Source: Candidatus Palauibacter australiensis
Lineage (GTDB): Bacteria > Gemmatimonadota > Gemmatimonadetes > Palauibacterales > Palauibacteraceae
DNA: 64,000 nt
Reading direction: 5' to 3'
NCBI GenBank assembly: GCA_026705295.1
Contig: JAPPBA010000072.1
Location: 1,816-65,815 of the forward strand
Both the position numbers and the translations under genes were made by a program. Shown here piece by piece: positions 28,926 to 37,928 of the stretch (positions within the stretch are counted from its first letter, which is position 1; each line of letters starts with the position of its first letter). Under the pieces are notes generated by a model. The model searched no databases. It had not been told where the DNA came from and worked only from the letters and a program-made list of their open reading frames with translations.

Positions 28926-28989
28926 GTCGCCGCCGACTTCTCCCGGGGGAACCCGGAACCTTCGGCGGACTCGGGCGGTTAAAGCCACC

Positions 28990-29724
28990 ATGATTCCCAC
29001 GGTTGCGAAGTGTCGACATGCGTGGCTTCGGCCGGTGGTGGGCGCGGTCGCTCTCGCCGCGATGGCGGGGTGCGGGGGTGCCGGGACCGATCCCGGACCG
29101 GGCCCGGAGCCTCAACCGCCACCACCGCCGCCCCCGGTCGCGGCGACCACGGCGACGTACCGCGTGGTCTTCGAGGCGACGTGGAGCGCGTCGACGCACC
29201 CGACGAACTTTCCGGGCGGGGCCCATTTCTCGCCGCTGATCGGCGCCGTGCACAAGGCCGGCGTGACCTTCTGGGCCCGGGACGGCACCGCCACGCCGGG
29301 GGTCGAAAGCATGGCCGAGACGGGCGGCACGTCCACGCTGACCGCAGAGATCCAGGCCGAAATCCCGGGAGACGCGCTGGCGGTCGTCAACGGGTCCGGG
29401 ATCCGCAGCCCCGGGAGCACGACGATTCAGGCGATCGCGCTGCGGGAGGAGTTTCCGCTCGTCACCCTCGTCACGATGATCGCCCCGAGCCCGGACTGGT
29501 TCGTGGGCGTGTCGGGACTCTCGCTACGGGACGACGAGGGAAACTGGATCGAGGAACTCGAGGTCGTCCTCTACCCCTACGATGCCGGGACGGACAGCGG
29601 CCCCAACTACACCTCGGCCAACGACGACACCCAGCCGAAGGAACCGATCCACAGCCTGCGGGGCGAGAGCCCCTTCTCCGACCAGCCCATCGGCACCTTC
29701 ACCTTCGCGCGCACGGACGGGTAG
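28990..29724 (+). CDS. Spondin_N-domain lipoprotein
   Basis: Lipobox LAAMAGCGG, Pro-rich linker and motifs ATYRVVFEATWS...MIAPSPDWFVGV characteristic of the bacterial spondin N-terminal domain. Confidence 0.6.
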   Translation: MIPTVAKCRHAWLRPVVGAVALAAMAGCGGAGTDPGPGPEPQPPPPPPPVAATTATYRVVFEATWSASTHPTNFPGGAHFSPLIGAVHKAGVTFWARDGTATPGVESMAETGGTSTLTAEIQAEIPGDALAVVNGSGIRSPGSTTIQAIALREEFPLVTLVTMIAPSPDWFVGVSGLSLRDDEGNWIEELEVVLYPYDAGTDSGPNYTSANDDTQPKEPIHSLRGESPFSDQPIGTFTFARTDG

Positions 29725-29769
29725 CGGCCGGGGGCAGCATGGTGCGCGGCAGTGGGCTCTCCGCGCGGG

Positions 29770-30156
29770 TCAGACGACGTCGTCGAGGAGGAAGAGGTCG
29801 GTGAGGAGCGCCCTCAGGTGGGACGAGGCGTTGAGGTTGTCGATCAACTGCGAACTGATCGTCTCCTGGGCGAGGACGATCCGGACCGCCGCCCCGGCCC
29901 GCGCGGCATCGGCCGAAGTCACGTCGATCATCTCGCCGTAGACGCCCGCCGGTTCGAGCCCCTCCGCCGCGACCAGGCCGCCGAGGTCGTCCGCCAGCGC
30001 CCGGAGGGCGGCGTCCGCGCGGCTCAGGTACTCCCGCAACTGCCCGCCGACCTTCGAGGCTTCCTCACGCTCGGCGCCGAGCGCGGCGTAGGAGAGGAAG
30101 AACTCGTACGCCTTTTCGAGCACCTCGATGTGAGCCTTCAGCTCCTCGCGGCTCAA
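29770..30156 (-). CDS. Hypothetical 128-aa acidic protein translationally coupled to the cytochrome b gene (TTG start overlapping the upstream stop, TTGA)
   Basis: Corresponds to the C-terminal part of track ORF 29770..30636: LSREELKAHIEVLEKAYEFFLSYAALGAEREEAS... Predicted all-helical. No family recognised. Confidence 0.5.
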   Translation of the reverse strand: MSREELKAHIEVLEKAYEFFLSYAALGAEREEASKVGGQLREYLSRADAALRALADDLGGLVAAEGLEPAGVYGEMIDVTSADAARAGAAVRIVLAQETISSQLIDNLNASSHLRALLTDLFLLDDVV

Positions 30157-31028
30157 GCGGGCACGACCCCGTCGGCGTCCGCGGACGACGCGCTCCCCCC
30201 CGCCATCTCGGCCCCGGCCGGCTCCGTCCCCAGCTTCCAGAGGTCCGGGTCGTAGTGCTCGAGGTATTCCTCGCGCGTGATCCAGCCCTTGATCATGGAG
30301 CGGGTCATCCAGCGCTTCTCGGGCCGGATGGCGAAGTAGACGTGGGCGATGACCATCGTGACGAGCCCGACGCCGCACAGCCCGTGCAGGACGAACACGA
30401 GGCCCCACGTGGAGTCGGAGAGGAAGTACGGGTTGCTCGCCCAGAACCACGTGTCGACCCCCACCATCATGAGGATCCCCGTGACGATGACCCCGCCCGA
30501 GACGAGCGTGACCGCGTTGTGGTAGGCCCGCTGGTCGAGGGGGTACTTGCCGGACCGCTCCTCCTTGGCCGGCTGGCGGCGCAGGAACTTCCCGACCGCC
30601 TGGAACGCCTGCCCGATCTCCTTCGTCCCGGTCCACACCGACCAGAAGTCCTGCTTCGTCGTCGCGTGGATGATGTGCCAGATGATGAGGAGGGTGAGGA
30701 CGACGCCGGCGATCCAGTGAATGGTGACCCAGGCGAACTGGACGCCGATCACGGGGAAGAACGCCGTGACGAGCAGCGTGAGCATCGTCGCCGCCATGAG
30801 CCAGTGGAACGTCCGGGACGCCTGTGAGTGGCGCTCCACCCGCTCGGGCACGTCGGGGGCCGGCTCAGGCGCGGTCTTCGGAGCCTTGGGCGCCATGATC
30901 CAGACGTACAGGTGGTGCCCGACCACGAACAGGAAGCCGGCGATGGCGGCGGCCCAGAGCAGATCCCAGGCGACGCCGACGAGTACCTCCTGGCCCCACG
31001 GATTCGGCGCAGTACGGAGAATCTCCAT
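30153..31028 (-). CDS. Membrane b-type cytochrome (cytochrome b561 / Ni-Fe-hydrogenase b-type cytochrome family)
   Basis: 4 TM helices with conserved His pairs (TFHWLMAATMLTLL...; HWIAGVVLTLLIIWHIIH; VFVLHGLCGVGLVTMVIAHVYF). Confidence 0.75.
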   Translation of the reverse strand: MEILRTAPNPWGQEVLVGVAWDLLWAAAIAGFLFVVGHHLYVWIMAPKAPKTAPEPAPDVPERVERHSQASRTFHWLMAATMLTLLVTAFFPVIGVQFAWVTIHWIAGVVLTLLIIWHIIHATTKQDFWSVWTGTKEIGQAFQAVGKFLRRQPAKEERSGKYPLDQRAYHNAVTLVSGGVIVTGILMMVGVDTWFWASNPYFLSDSTWGLVFVLHGLCGVGLVTMVIAHVYFAIRPEKRWMTRSMIKGWITREEYLEHYDPDLWKLGTEPAGAEMAGGSASSADADGVVPA

Positions 31029-31052
31029 CCAGGCGGTCTCCTTTCCGGGACG

Positions 31053-32051
31053 CTAGGCCGCGTCTCCCCGCACCGCGCGCCGAACGAGATTCCGCGCGAG
31101 CGGTACCTTGTAGTCGTTGTGGCGCAGCGGCTTGAAGCCGCGCGTAGCGAGTTCGCCGGCCGCCATGCCGGTGTCGTCGTTCGCCGGCATCCCCTGGATG
31201 AGGTCCTCGACGTCGGTCAGCCGCACCGGCGTCGGGGCCACGCCGTTAAGCGCGATCCGGGCGCGCTCGATCGTGCCGTTCGACTCGACGATCGCTGCGG
31301 CCACGCTGGCCAGCGCCCAGTCCCACGACTTCCGGTCGCGGACCTTCTCCCAGTAGAAGCGCGCGCCCGCCCAGTCGCCGGGGATGCGCACGTGCGTCAG
31401 GAGATCTCCCGGCTCCAGCACGGTCATGCGCTCGATGTCGATCTCCGGGCCGACGAAGAAGTCCTCGGCCTCGTAGACGCGCTCGCCGCCCGCGCTCCGC
31501 ACCAGCATCTGCGCGCCGAGCGCGACGAGCGCCCCGGCCGTGTCCGCGCCGTTCACCGCCACGCAGCGGCTCTGTCCGGTCACGGCGTGCTCGCGGTTCA
31601 TCGAGCGGGGTGTCCCGGCGTAGCAGATGTTCCCGCCCGCGCGGTAGCACGGCCACCCGCCCCGGTAATACCAGCAGCGGGTGTCCTGGATGAGGTTGCC
31701 GCCCAGCGTCCCCTGGTTCCGGATCTGGGGCGTCGCCACTTGGGCGGCGGCGTCGGCGAGGAGTCCGAAGCGGGCCTGCACGTCCTCGCTCGCCACCACG
31801 TCGCGCAACGACGTCATGGCGCCGATCTCAATCCCGTCCCCGCTCGAACGGATGCCGGTCAGCTCGCTCACGGAGCCGAGTTCGACGACGACGTCGGGCC
31901 GCTTGATGCGGTCCTTGAACCAGTCCATCGAGTCGAGGCCGCCGGCCAGGACCCAGGTGTTGTCGTGGCGCTCGAGCACGTCCAGCGCCTCGTCCACGCT
32001 CGTCGGCTGGAAGAGCTCGAACGCGGGCATCATGTCGCGAATCACGGCCAT
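31053..32051 (-). CDS. Molybdenum hydroxylase FAD-binding (medium) subunit, CoxM/PaoB-like
   Basis: FAD-binding PCMH-type domain: PAFELFQPTSVDEALDVLERHDNTWVLAGGLDSMDW...AGTPRSMNREHAVTG. Confidence 0.85.
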   Translation of the reverse strand: MAVIRDMMPAFELFQPTSVDEALDVLERHDNTWVLAGGLDSMDWFKDRIKRPDVVVELGSVSELTGIRSSGDGIEIGAMTSLRDVVASEDVQARFGLLADAAAQVATPQIRNQGTLGGNLIQDTRCWYYRGGWPCYRAGGNICYAGTPRSMNREHAVTGQSRCVAVNGADTAGALVALGAQMLVRSAGGERVYEAEDFFVGPEIDIERMTVLEPGDLLTHVRIPGDWAGARFYWEKVRDRKSWDWALASVAAAIVESNGTIERARIALNGVAPTPVRLTDVEDLIQGMPANDDTGMAAGELATRGFKPLRHNDYKVPLARNLVRRAVRGDAA

Positions 32052-32064
32052 CGTCCTATCTCCC

Positions 32065-34506
32065 CTAGCTGTGGATCTCGGTGAGTGCGTGCGGCTGGGC
32101 TCTACCCTCCAGCTCGGCCAGGATCACATCGGCGGTCAACGGGATTCGGCACAGGCAAGCGCCGCCCAGCGCGTCCGCGATCGCGGAAGTCACCGCCGCT
32201 GAGCCGGCGCCGACGGGGGGCTCGCCGATTCCCTTGGCGCCGATCGGCGTCTGCGGGTCGGGCTCGCCGACCGCCGCCCAGTCCATCGAAGGCGGGACAT
32301 CCAGTATTCCGGGCGGCCTCGCGGTGTAGAGCCGGTGGGCGAACGGCACGCCCCACTTCGGGTCGTACACCCACTTCTGGCTGCGCGCCTGACCGAAGCC
32401 CTGTACGCAGCCGCCGTGGATCTGCGCCGCGAGGCTGCGCGGGTGCACGACGACGCCGCAGTCCGCCGATCCCGTGAAATCGACGATCGTTACGTCGCCC
32501 GTCTCGACGTCGAGTTCGACGACGGCGAAGCCCACGACCCACGACCACGTCGAGCCCTCGTGCGAGAAGTTGTCCCGCGCCACTCCCATCAGCCCCTGGC
32601 CCGCGAGCTGCGTGGCGGAGGCCCGCGTGTAGTCGTTGATATCCTCCGGCAACTCCTGGCCGGAGTACTCGCCGCCCATCGCGATGGCGCGCTCCGCGGC
32701 CTGCGCGAAGCTCATCGAGCCTCCCGGTCCGGTCACGCGCGCACCCTCGACGCGGTAGGCGCTCGCCGAGCCACCCAGCGCGGCGGCCGCGACCTCCTGC
32801 AGCTTCCGCTTCATGTCGAGTGCGGCGGCGTAGTTGGCGCGCGTGTGCGCGTGGATCGTCTGGCTTCCCGCCTGCACTGCACTGTGCGGGTGGTGCTGCG
32901 AGCTGTCGCCCCAAATGACCGCGCAGTCGTCCCACTCGAGGCCGAGTTCATCCGCCGCCGCTCGGGCCGTGTCCGCCATCGAGTGTGTGCCGAGGTTCCC
33001 GATCCCCTGGTGGATGTACAGCTTCCCGTCGGGACGGATCAGGAGGAGCCCGTCGAACCCCGACGAGCCGCCGACGTACGGGCTCACGCCCACGCCGACC
33101 CCCGTGACCTTCGTTCCGTTCCGCTGTCCGCTGAGCGCCTGCTTGCCGGCCCAGTCGAACTGCGCCGCGCCCACATCGATCGCCTCGCGCACGAAGGCGC
33201 TCGTCGTCGTCGCCCGTTGCGGCCCGAACTGCGAGTCGTGCGTAGGGGCGTTCATCTTCCGGATCTCCACCCGGTCGATGCCCAGTTCGCGCGCCGCCTT
33301 GTCGACGAGCGGCTCGAGCATCGCGACGATCTGCGCGCCGCCCGGGGCCCGCTGCGCCGCCCGCGGCGGCGTGTTCGTGTAGACCCCGACGCCGCGGAAG
33401 CGCATCGCGTCGGGCTGGTACATGAGGTCGGTGACCATGCCGGCCGTGTTGTAGTCGCCCGAGCGCGAGTAGGGTCCGTGGTCCTGCACGATGTAGAGGT
33501 CGATCGCGGTGATCTTCCCGTCGTTCCGGAACCCCATCTTCACCCAGGCCTGGAAACCGGGGCGGGCGCGCCCGATGTAGTTCTCCTCGTAGCGGTTGAT
33601 CCGCATCATCACCGGCCGCTGGATCTTCTTCGCGAGGAGCGCCGTGACCTGGTAGATCGTCGCACCCCGAATCTTCGACCCGAAGCCGCCGCCGCAGTAC
33701 TGGCCGACGAACACCATGTCCTCGGGGTCGAGATCGAGCTGATTCGCCAGCGCCCGGTGCGTCTGCTGCGTGCTCTGCGTCGAGCCGTAGAGGTAGCAGC
33801 GACCGTCCTCCCAGTACGCCATGGAGCTGCGGGGCTCCATGGGGTGGTGGGTCAGCGACTGGTGAACGATCGTGTCCTCGAGTACGTAATCTGCGGCGGC
33901 GAAGCCAGCCTCGAGGTCGCCGTGATCCCAACTGGCGTCCGGCTCGCCCATCGGCAGCCGATTCTCGGCCTCCGCCGCGTCGAACTCCGCTTGGGACCAC
34001 TTCAAGGGGACGATTTCCCGCCCGTCCTCTCCGAAGCGCATCACATTGCCGTCGAGCCGGGCGTCCGGACCCCCGGGGCGCAGGCTGTCGAGCGGATCGA
34101 CCACAAACGGGAGCGGCTCGAGGTCGACGTCGATCGCCTCGATCGCGTCCGCCGCCGTCGTCTCGTCCACCGCCGCCAGCGCCAGGATGGGTTCGCCCAC
34201 GTACTTCGGCTCATCCGTGAGCGCCGCCTCGCCCGGTGCCTCGGGCTGATTGACCTCACTCGCCCGCAGGATCCCGAGCACGCCGGGCATGGCGAGCGCG
34301 CGGCTCGCGTCCACGTTGCGCACGCGCGCGTGCGGCATGGGGCTCAGGAGGAGCTTGGCGAAGACCATGCCCTCGGCCCTGAAGTCCTCCGCGTACTTTG
34401 CTCGTCCCGTGACTTTCGCGCGCAGATCCGGCGGCGAAATATCCTGTCCGATTAGCGCCATGATCGTCCTCCCCTCACACCATGCGCCGCGCGTACTCGG
34501 CGGCAC
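32065..34506 (-). CDS. Molybdenum hydroxylase molybdopterin-binding (large) subunit, CoxL/PaoC-like (xanthine dehydrogenase family)
   Basis: 813 aa with aldehyde oxidase/xanthine dehydrogenase a/b hammerhead and Moco-binding blocks (GGGFGSK..., ...GQGLMGVARD...). Confidence 0.88.
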   Translation of the reverse strand: MPPSTRGAWCEGRTIMALIGQDISPPDLRAKVTGRAKYAEDFRAEGMVFAKLLLSPMPHARVRNVDASRALAMPGVLGILRASEVNQPEAPGEAALTDEPKYVGEPILALAAVDETTAADAIEAIDVDLEPLPFVVDPLDSLRPGGPDARLDGNVMRFGEDGREIVPLKWSQAEFDAAEAENRLPMGEPDASWDHGDLEAGFAAADYVLEDTIVHQSLTHHPMEPRSSMAYWEDGRCYLYGSTQSTQQTHRALANQLDLDPEDMVFVGQYCGGGFGSKIRGATIYQVTALLAKKIQRPVMMRINRYEENYIGRARPGFQAWVKMGFRNDGKITAIDLYIVQDHGPYSRSGDYNTAGMVTDLMYQPDAMRFRGVGVYTNTPPRAAQRAPGGAQIVAMLEPLVDKAARELGIDRVEIRKMNAPTHDSQFGPQRATTTSAFVREAIDVGAAQFDWAGKQALSGQRNGTKVTGVGVGVSPYVGGSSGFDGLLLIRPDGKLYIHQGIGNLGTHSMADTARAAADELGLEWDDCAVIWGDSSQHHPHSAVQAGSQTIHAHTRANYAAALDMKRKLQEVAAAALGGSASAYRVEGARVTGPGGSMSFAQAAERAIAMGGEYSGQELPEDINDYTRASATQLAGQGLMGVARDNFSHEGSTWSWVVGFAVVELDVETGDVTIVDFTGSADCGVVVHPRSLAAQIHGGCVQGFGQARSQKWVYDPKWGVPFAHRLYTARPPGILDVPPSMDWAAVGEPDPQTPIGAKGIGEPPVGAGSAAVTSAIADALGGACLCRIPLTADVILAELEGRAQPHALTEIHS

Positions 34507-35107
34507 GCATGGCGGAGTTCAGGATTTTGTTGTAGTCCCCGCAGCGGCAGAGGTTGCCGGAGAGGGCCTCGGCGGCCTCCTCGCGGGTGGGCTCCGGGTT
34601 CTCGTTCGTCAGCGCGACCATGCTCATGATGAAGCCGGGCGCGCAGAAAGCGCACTGGAATCCGCCCTCGTCGATCACGGCCTGCTGCACCGGGTGCAGC
34701 GTCCCGTCCGCGCTCTCGAGCCCCTCGATCGTCCTCACGGACCGGTCACGCACCGCGTTCGTCAGCATCGAGCAGCCGTAGTGCGAGACCCCGTCGATGA
34801 GCACCGTACAGGCGCCGCACTCCGCGCGATCGCACCCGAGCTTCGTGCCGGTGAGCCCCAGCTTGTACCGAAGCGTCATGGCCAGCGTCTCCTGCGGCAT
34901 GACATCCACCGAACGCGACACCCCGTTCACGTTCAGCGAGATCATGCGGGGCATCGACGCCCGCACCGCCGCACTCGCCGACAGGCTCCGGGCCCGGAAG
35001 AGGTGGCTGGAGGAGGAGACCACCGCACCGGTCGCGATGACCCCCTTGATGAACGTCCTGCGGGAATGACCGGTTGGAGTCTCGGTCGTGATCTCGGCGT
35101 CACTCAT
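34475..35107 (-). CDS. Molybdenum hydroxylase [2Fe-2S] (small) subunit with twin-arginine signal peptide, PaoA/CoxS-like
   Basis: TAT motif SRRTFIKGVIATGAVV. Plant-type and second 2Fe-2S motifs (CDRAECGACTVLIDG; CAFCAPG...CRCGDY). Confidence 0.88.
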   Translation of the reverse strand: MSDAEITTETPTGHSRRTFIKGVIATGAVVSSSSHLFRARSLSASAAVRASMPRMISLNVNGVSRSVDVMPQETLAMTLRYKLGLTGTKLGCDRAECGACTVLIDGVSHYGCSMLTNAVRDRSVRTIEGLESADGTLHPVQQAVIDEGGFQCAFCAPGFIMSMVALTNENPEPTREEAAEALSGNLCRCGDYNKILNSAMRAAEYARRMV

Positions 35108-35231
35108 GGGCGAACCTCAAGCGGGAGACCGTGCGTTCCATGCGCGTCGCCCCGGGAATCAGGGGACGTCAACCCAATCTGAATCCTGTCATCTCGCGCG
35201 AGCCGAAACAAGATGGATAATCGTTCCGGGT

Positions 35232-37361
35232 TTAGAGGATCCTGAGGAATCGGGGGTCCACGGAGAGGAGGACGACCCACTTCCCCGGGCTCCCGCCGGG
35301 CGATGGATCGCCGAGCAGGCCGCGCATGACGTCGAGGCGAAGGATGTCGTAGAAAAGTCCCAGGCCGAGGCCGGCCGAGGCGCGCAGCCCCTCGCTTCCG
35401 CCCACGCCGAATCGGCGGGCGGCGCCTTCTCCGGGGCGGCCGAGCCCGGTCCCGCCAGCGGCTCCGATGGCGCGCAACCGCACCCACGGGGACGCGACGG
35501 CGCGCGACAACTCGGCGCGCCACAGCGCCATACGGTCCCCGCCCCAGCCGCGAAACTCGTAGCCCGGCAGCGAACCGCGCCCCCCGAGCAGGAAGAGGCG
35601 CTGGGTCGGCAACTCCCCGCCAGCAAGACCGAACTCCACGTCGCTCGCCCAGTTCCACGCGCCGCCCGGGCTTCCCCGGGCCCGCAGCGCGACCGTGGCG
35701 CGCGTGTAGCCGAAGTCCCCAACGCCGCTCGGCGCCGCTTCTCCCGCGAGTTCCAGCCTCCACCGCGCGCCCGGACCGCTCCGGAGTTCCACCGTCAGCC
35801 CGGCATCGAGCCGGGCCCGTTCCCCTTCGTCGACCGGGCGCACGGGGCGAAGCGGCCGATCTCCGAGCGGCGCGGTCCCGACGACCAGCCCGGCGCTCCG
35901 ATGGCGCTCGAGCGACGCGCCCACACGCCAGTGGACGGGACCGTCGCGATGGGCGAGCCCGATCCGGGTGCCGGTGGTGAGGTAGGGGTCCTCGTAGTCC
36001 TCGCCGCTGGCGAGGAGGGCAAGCGTCCGCAGCAGTCCCACGCCTGCGGGGCGCCCCACGTCGCGATGAACCCGCAGCCAGCCGTCGACCTCCACGTCGA
36101 CCTCCCCCAGCCGCCGCCGCAGTCCAAGGCTTGCCTGGGGCCGTGCCTCCCCGATCGCGTGGCCGCCCCGGAACGACACCTGCGTGAGATCGTTCGGCCG
36201 GTAGGCGGCTCCGGCCCCGACGAACAGCCCCTCGGAACGCCGCGCGCGGATGGCCCCCGACGCGTTCGGAAGCGCAAGCTGCCAACTTCGGCCCCCGAGC
36301 AGAGTCCGCCGCAGCAGGAGTTCGCGTGCGTCGGCGACGGCCTCGCCCAGGTCGCCATCGGTGCTTCCTTCCTCGAGGGATCCCCCGTGGAGCGGGTCTT
36401 CCCATGCATCGAAGCGGGCCAGCTCCTCGTCGCGAAGGCTGTAGATGAGCGCTCCCCGTCCGAGCCCGAAGAGCGCTCCCTCGTCGAAGTCGTAGTCGAG
36501 GACGCGGAGGCGGGTTCGGACGAGCGTTCCGAGCGGGAAGTCGAGCCAGGGAAGCGAGCGCACGATCTCGACCGCCTGCTCGTCGGGCAGCCAGTAGCGG
36601 CCCTCCTGCAGGGCCGAGCGCAGGTCGACGACGAGCCGCACGATCTGCGGATCCTGATAGGCGGCGGGCGTGAACGTGATCCGCATCCGCGCGATGGCCC
36701 CCGTCTCCCGCTCGACGAAGAGCGATCCCACGGCGGCCGCGTCCGCTCCGTCGCGCGGACGGACCTCCAGTTCGAAGACCCGCGCGGTTCGGTCGCGGAG
36801 CCGGATCTCGAGCGAGTCGGCGAGTCGGTATTCATACAACTCGCGCGCGCCCGACCCCGCGGGGTGAAGCACGTCCCGGATCTCGTCGCCCTCTCCGATC
36901 CGGATCCGGTCCGGGAAGTTGTCGAGGACGAGAAAGAGGTGGTCGAGGTGGTAATCGATGGTCGTGGGCAGCCGGAGTTCGTGCCGGCGCCCGACGATCG
37001 TCTGCATCGAGCGGTCCGGCCGCTGCCAGCGCACATCCAGCGCGAGCTGGTCCGCGCGGATGACGTGCCGTTCCCCGAGGATGTCGCCGAGGTAGTACAC
37101 GTGCCCCTGCACGTCGGCCCGAAATCGTTCGAGCGAGCTGTCGGCCCACGCGTGCCGCCGCGCATCGATCGCCCGCTCGATGAGGAGAAGGGCCGCCTCG
37201 GAATTCCAACCCTCGGAGGCCCCGGCCTGCCGGGCCGCGGTCGGCGGTGCGGGGATCTCCTGGGCTCCGGACCGGGAGGCGAAGCAGAGCGCTGCCACGG
37301 CGACCGCCAAGGCGGCGGCCACCCGTCCCCCGTCAGCCGAAGAGGTCCTCCTGCCCATCAT
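35232..37361 (-). CDS. Large secreted protein, putatively an Omp85-like outer-membrane beta-barrel (function unknown)
   Basis: Signal peptide (MMGRRTSS...VAAALAVAVAALCFASRSGAQE). C-terminal third is rich in alternating Gly/aromatic beta-strand patterns with an ...LGGRGSLPGYEFRGW... motif reminiscent of the Omp85/D15 barrels. Confidence 0.55.
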   Translation of the reverse strand: MMGRRTSSADGGRVAAALAVAVAALCFASRSGAQEIPAPPTAARQAGASEGWNSEAALLLIERAIDARRHAWADSSLERFRADVQGHVYYLGDILGERHVIRADQLALDVRWQRPDRSMQTIVGRRHELRLPTTIDYHLDHLFLVLDNFPDRIRIGEGDEIRDVLHPAGSGARELYEYRLADSLEIRLRDRTARVFELEVRPRDGADAAAVGSLFVERETGAIARMRITFTPAAYQDPQIVRLVVDLRSALQEGRYWLPDEQAVEIVRSLPWLDFPLGTLVRTRLRVLDYDFDEGALFGLGRGALIYSLRDEELARFDAWEDPLHGGSLEEGSTDGDLGEAVADARELLLRRTLLGGRSWQLALPNASGAIRARRSEGLFVGAGAAYRPNDLTQVSFRGGHAIGEARPQASLGLRRRLGEVDVEVDGWLRVHRDVGRPAGVGLLRTLALLASGEDYEDPYLTTGTRIGLAHRDGPVHWRVGASLERHRSAGLVVGTAPLGDRPLRPVRPVDEGERARLDAGLTVELRSGPGARWRLELAGEAAPSGVGDFGYTRATVALRARGSPGGAWNWASDVEFGLAGGELPTQRLFLLGGRGSLPGYEFRGWGGDRMALWRAELSRAVASPWVRLRAIGAAGGTGLGRPGEGAARRFGVGGSEGLRASAGLGLGLFYDILRLDVMRGLLGDPSPGGSPGKWVVLLSVDPRFLRIL

Positions 37362-37716
37362 CGTCCGACTCCATGACGCGCCGCAGTCGGCCGGCCCAGT
37401 ACTCGACGTCGAAACTCTCTTCGTTCTTCAGCATCCGCTTGAGCACCGGCGACAGGTCGCGCAGCGCACCCACGAGGTCCTCGGCGATGGAGCCGGCCTC
37501 GGCGACCCGGGCTTCGTCCGGGAGCGACGCCATGTCCCGGAGGATCGAAGCCTCGGACCGGGACGCCGTGACGGGCTCGGACCGGCTCGCGACGAAGACC
37601 TCCGTGCGCCGGCCGGGTCCCCGATCCTCCTCGATCGGGAGCAGCCCGACGATCTGGTCGGAGCGCCAGTACTTCGCGTACCCGAGGTGAACCATCCGGT
37701 CGCGTTTGATCTCCAC
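37333..37716 (-). CDS. DUF370 (RemA-like) domain protein
   Basis: VHLGYAKYWRSDQIVGLLPIE...RRTEVFVASRSE resembles the DUF370/RemA core (INIGFGNxV...IV.I.SPES). The N-terminus of the ORF may be shorter. Confidence 0.55.
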   Translation of the reverse strand: MEIKRDRMVHLGYAKYWRSDQIVGLLPIEEDRGPGRRTEVFVASRSEPVTASRSEASILRDMASLPDEARVAEAGSIAEDLVGALRDLSPVLKRMLKNEESFDVEYWAGRLRRVMESDDDGQEDLFG

Positions 37717-37928
37717 GCCGCCTCCCGTTCAGCCGGTTCCCGCTTCGGAGTTCCTTGCGGACGCCCGCGGCGGAGGAACCCGACAGCCAAGGTCTGGCAA
37801 GCTCGCAAGTGCCCCGTCCGCGCCGCAACACCGCCGGCACCTCCAACTGGCCGCATGCCGCGGGCCACATGCCGCCGGCTCGGTTGATTGGCCGTTGAAC
37901 GCTGTGCGGATCATGTTCAGCGACGCCC

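Noticed and set aside
32335-34455. 706-aa plus-strand ORF
   Set aside because: Antisense to the Moco large-subunit gene.
35088-37376. 762-aa plus-strand ORF, also 35104..36405 and 35795..37165 minus-frame ORFs
   Set aside because: They overlap the 709-aa secreted-protein gene in other frames or strands. The frame encoding a signal peptide and beta-rich C-terminus was preferred, but the locus should be re-examined with homology tools.
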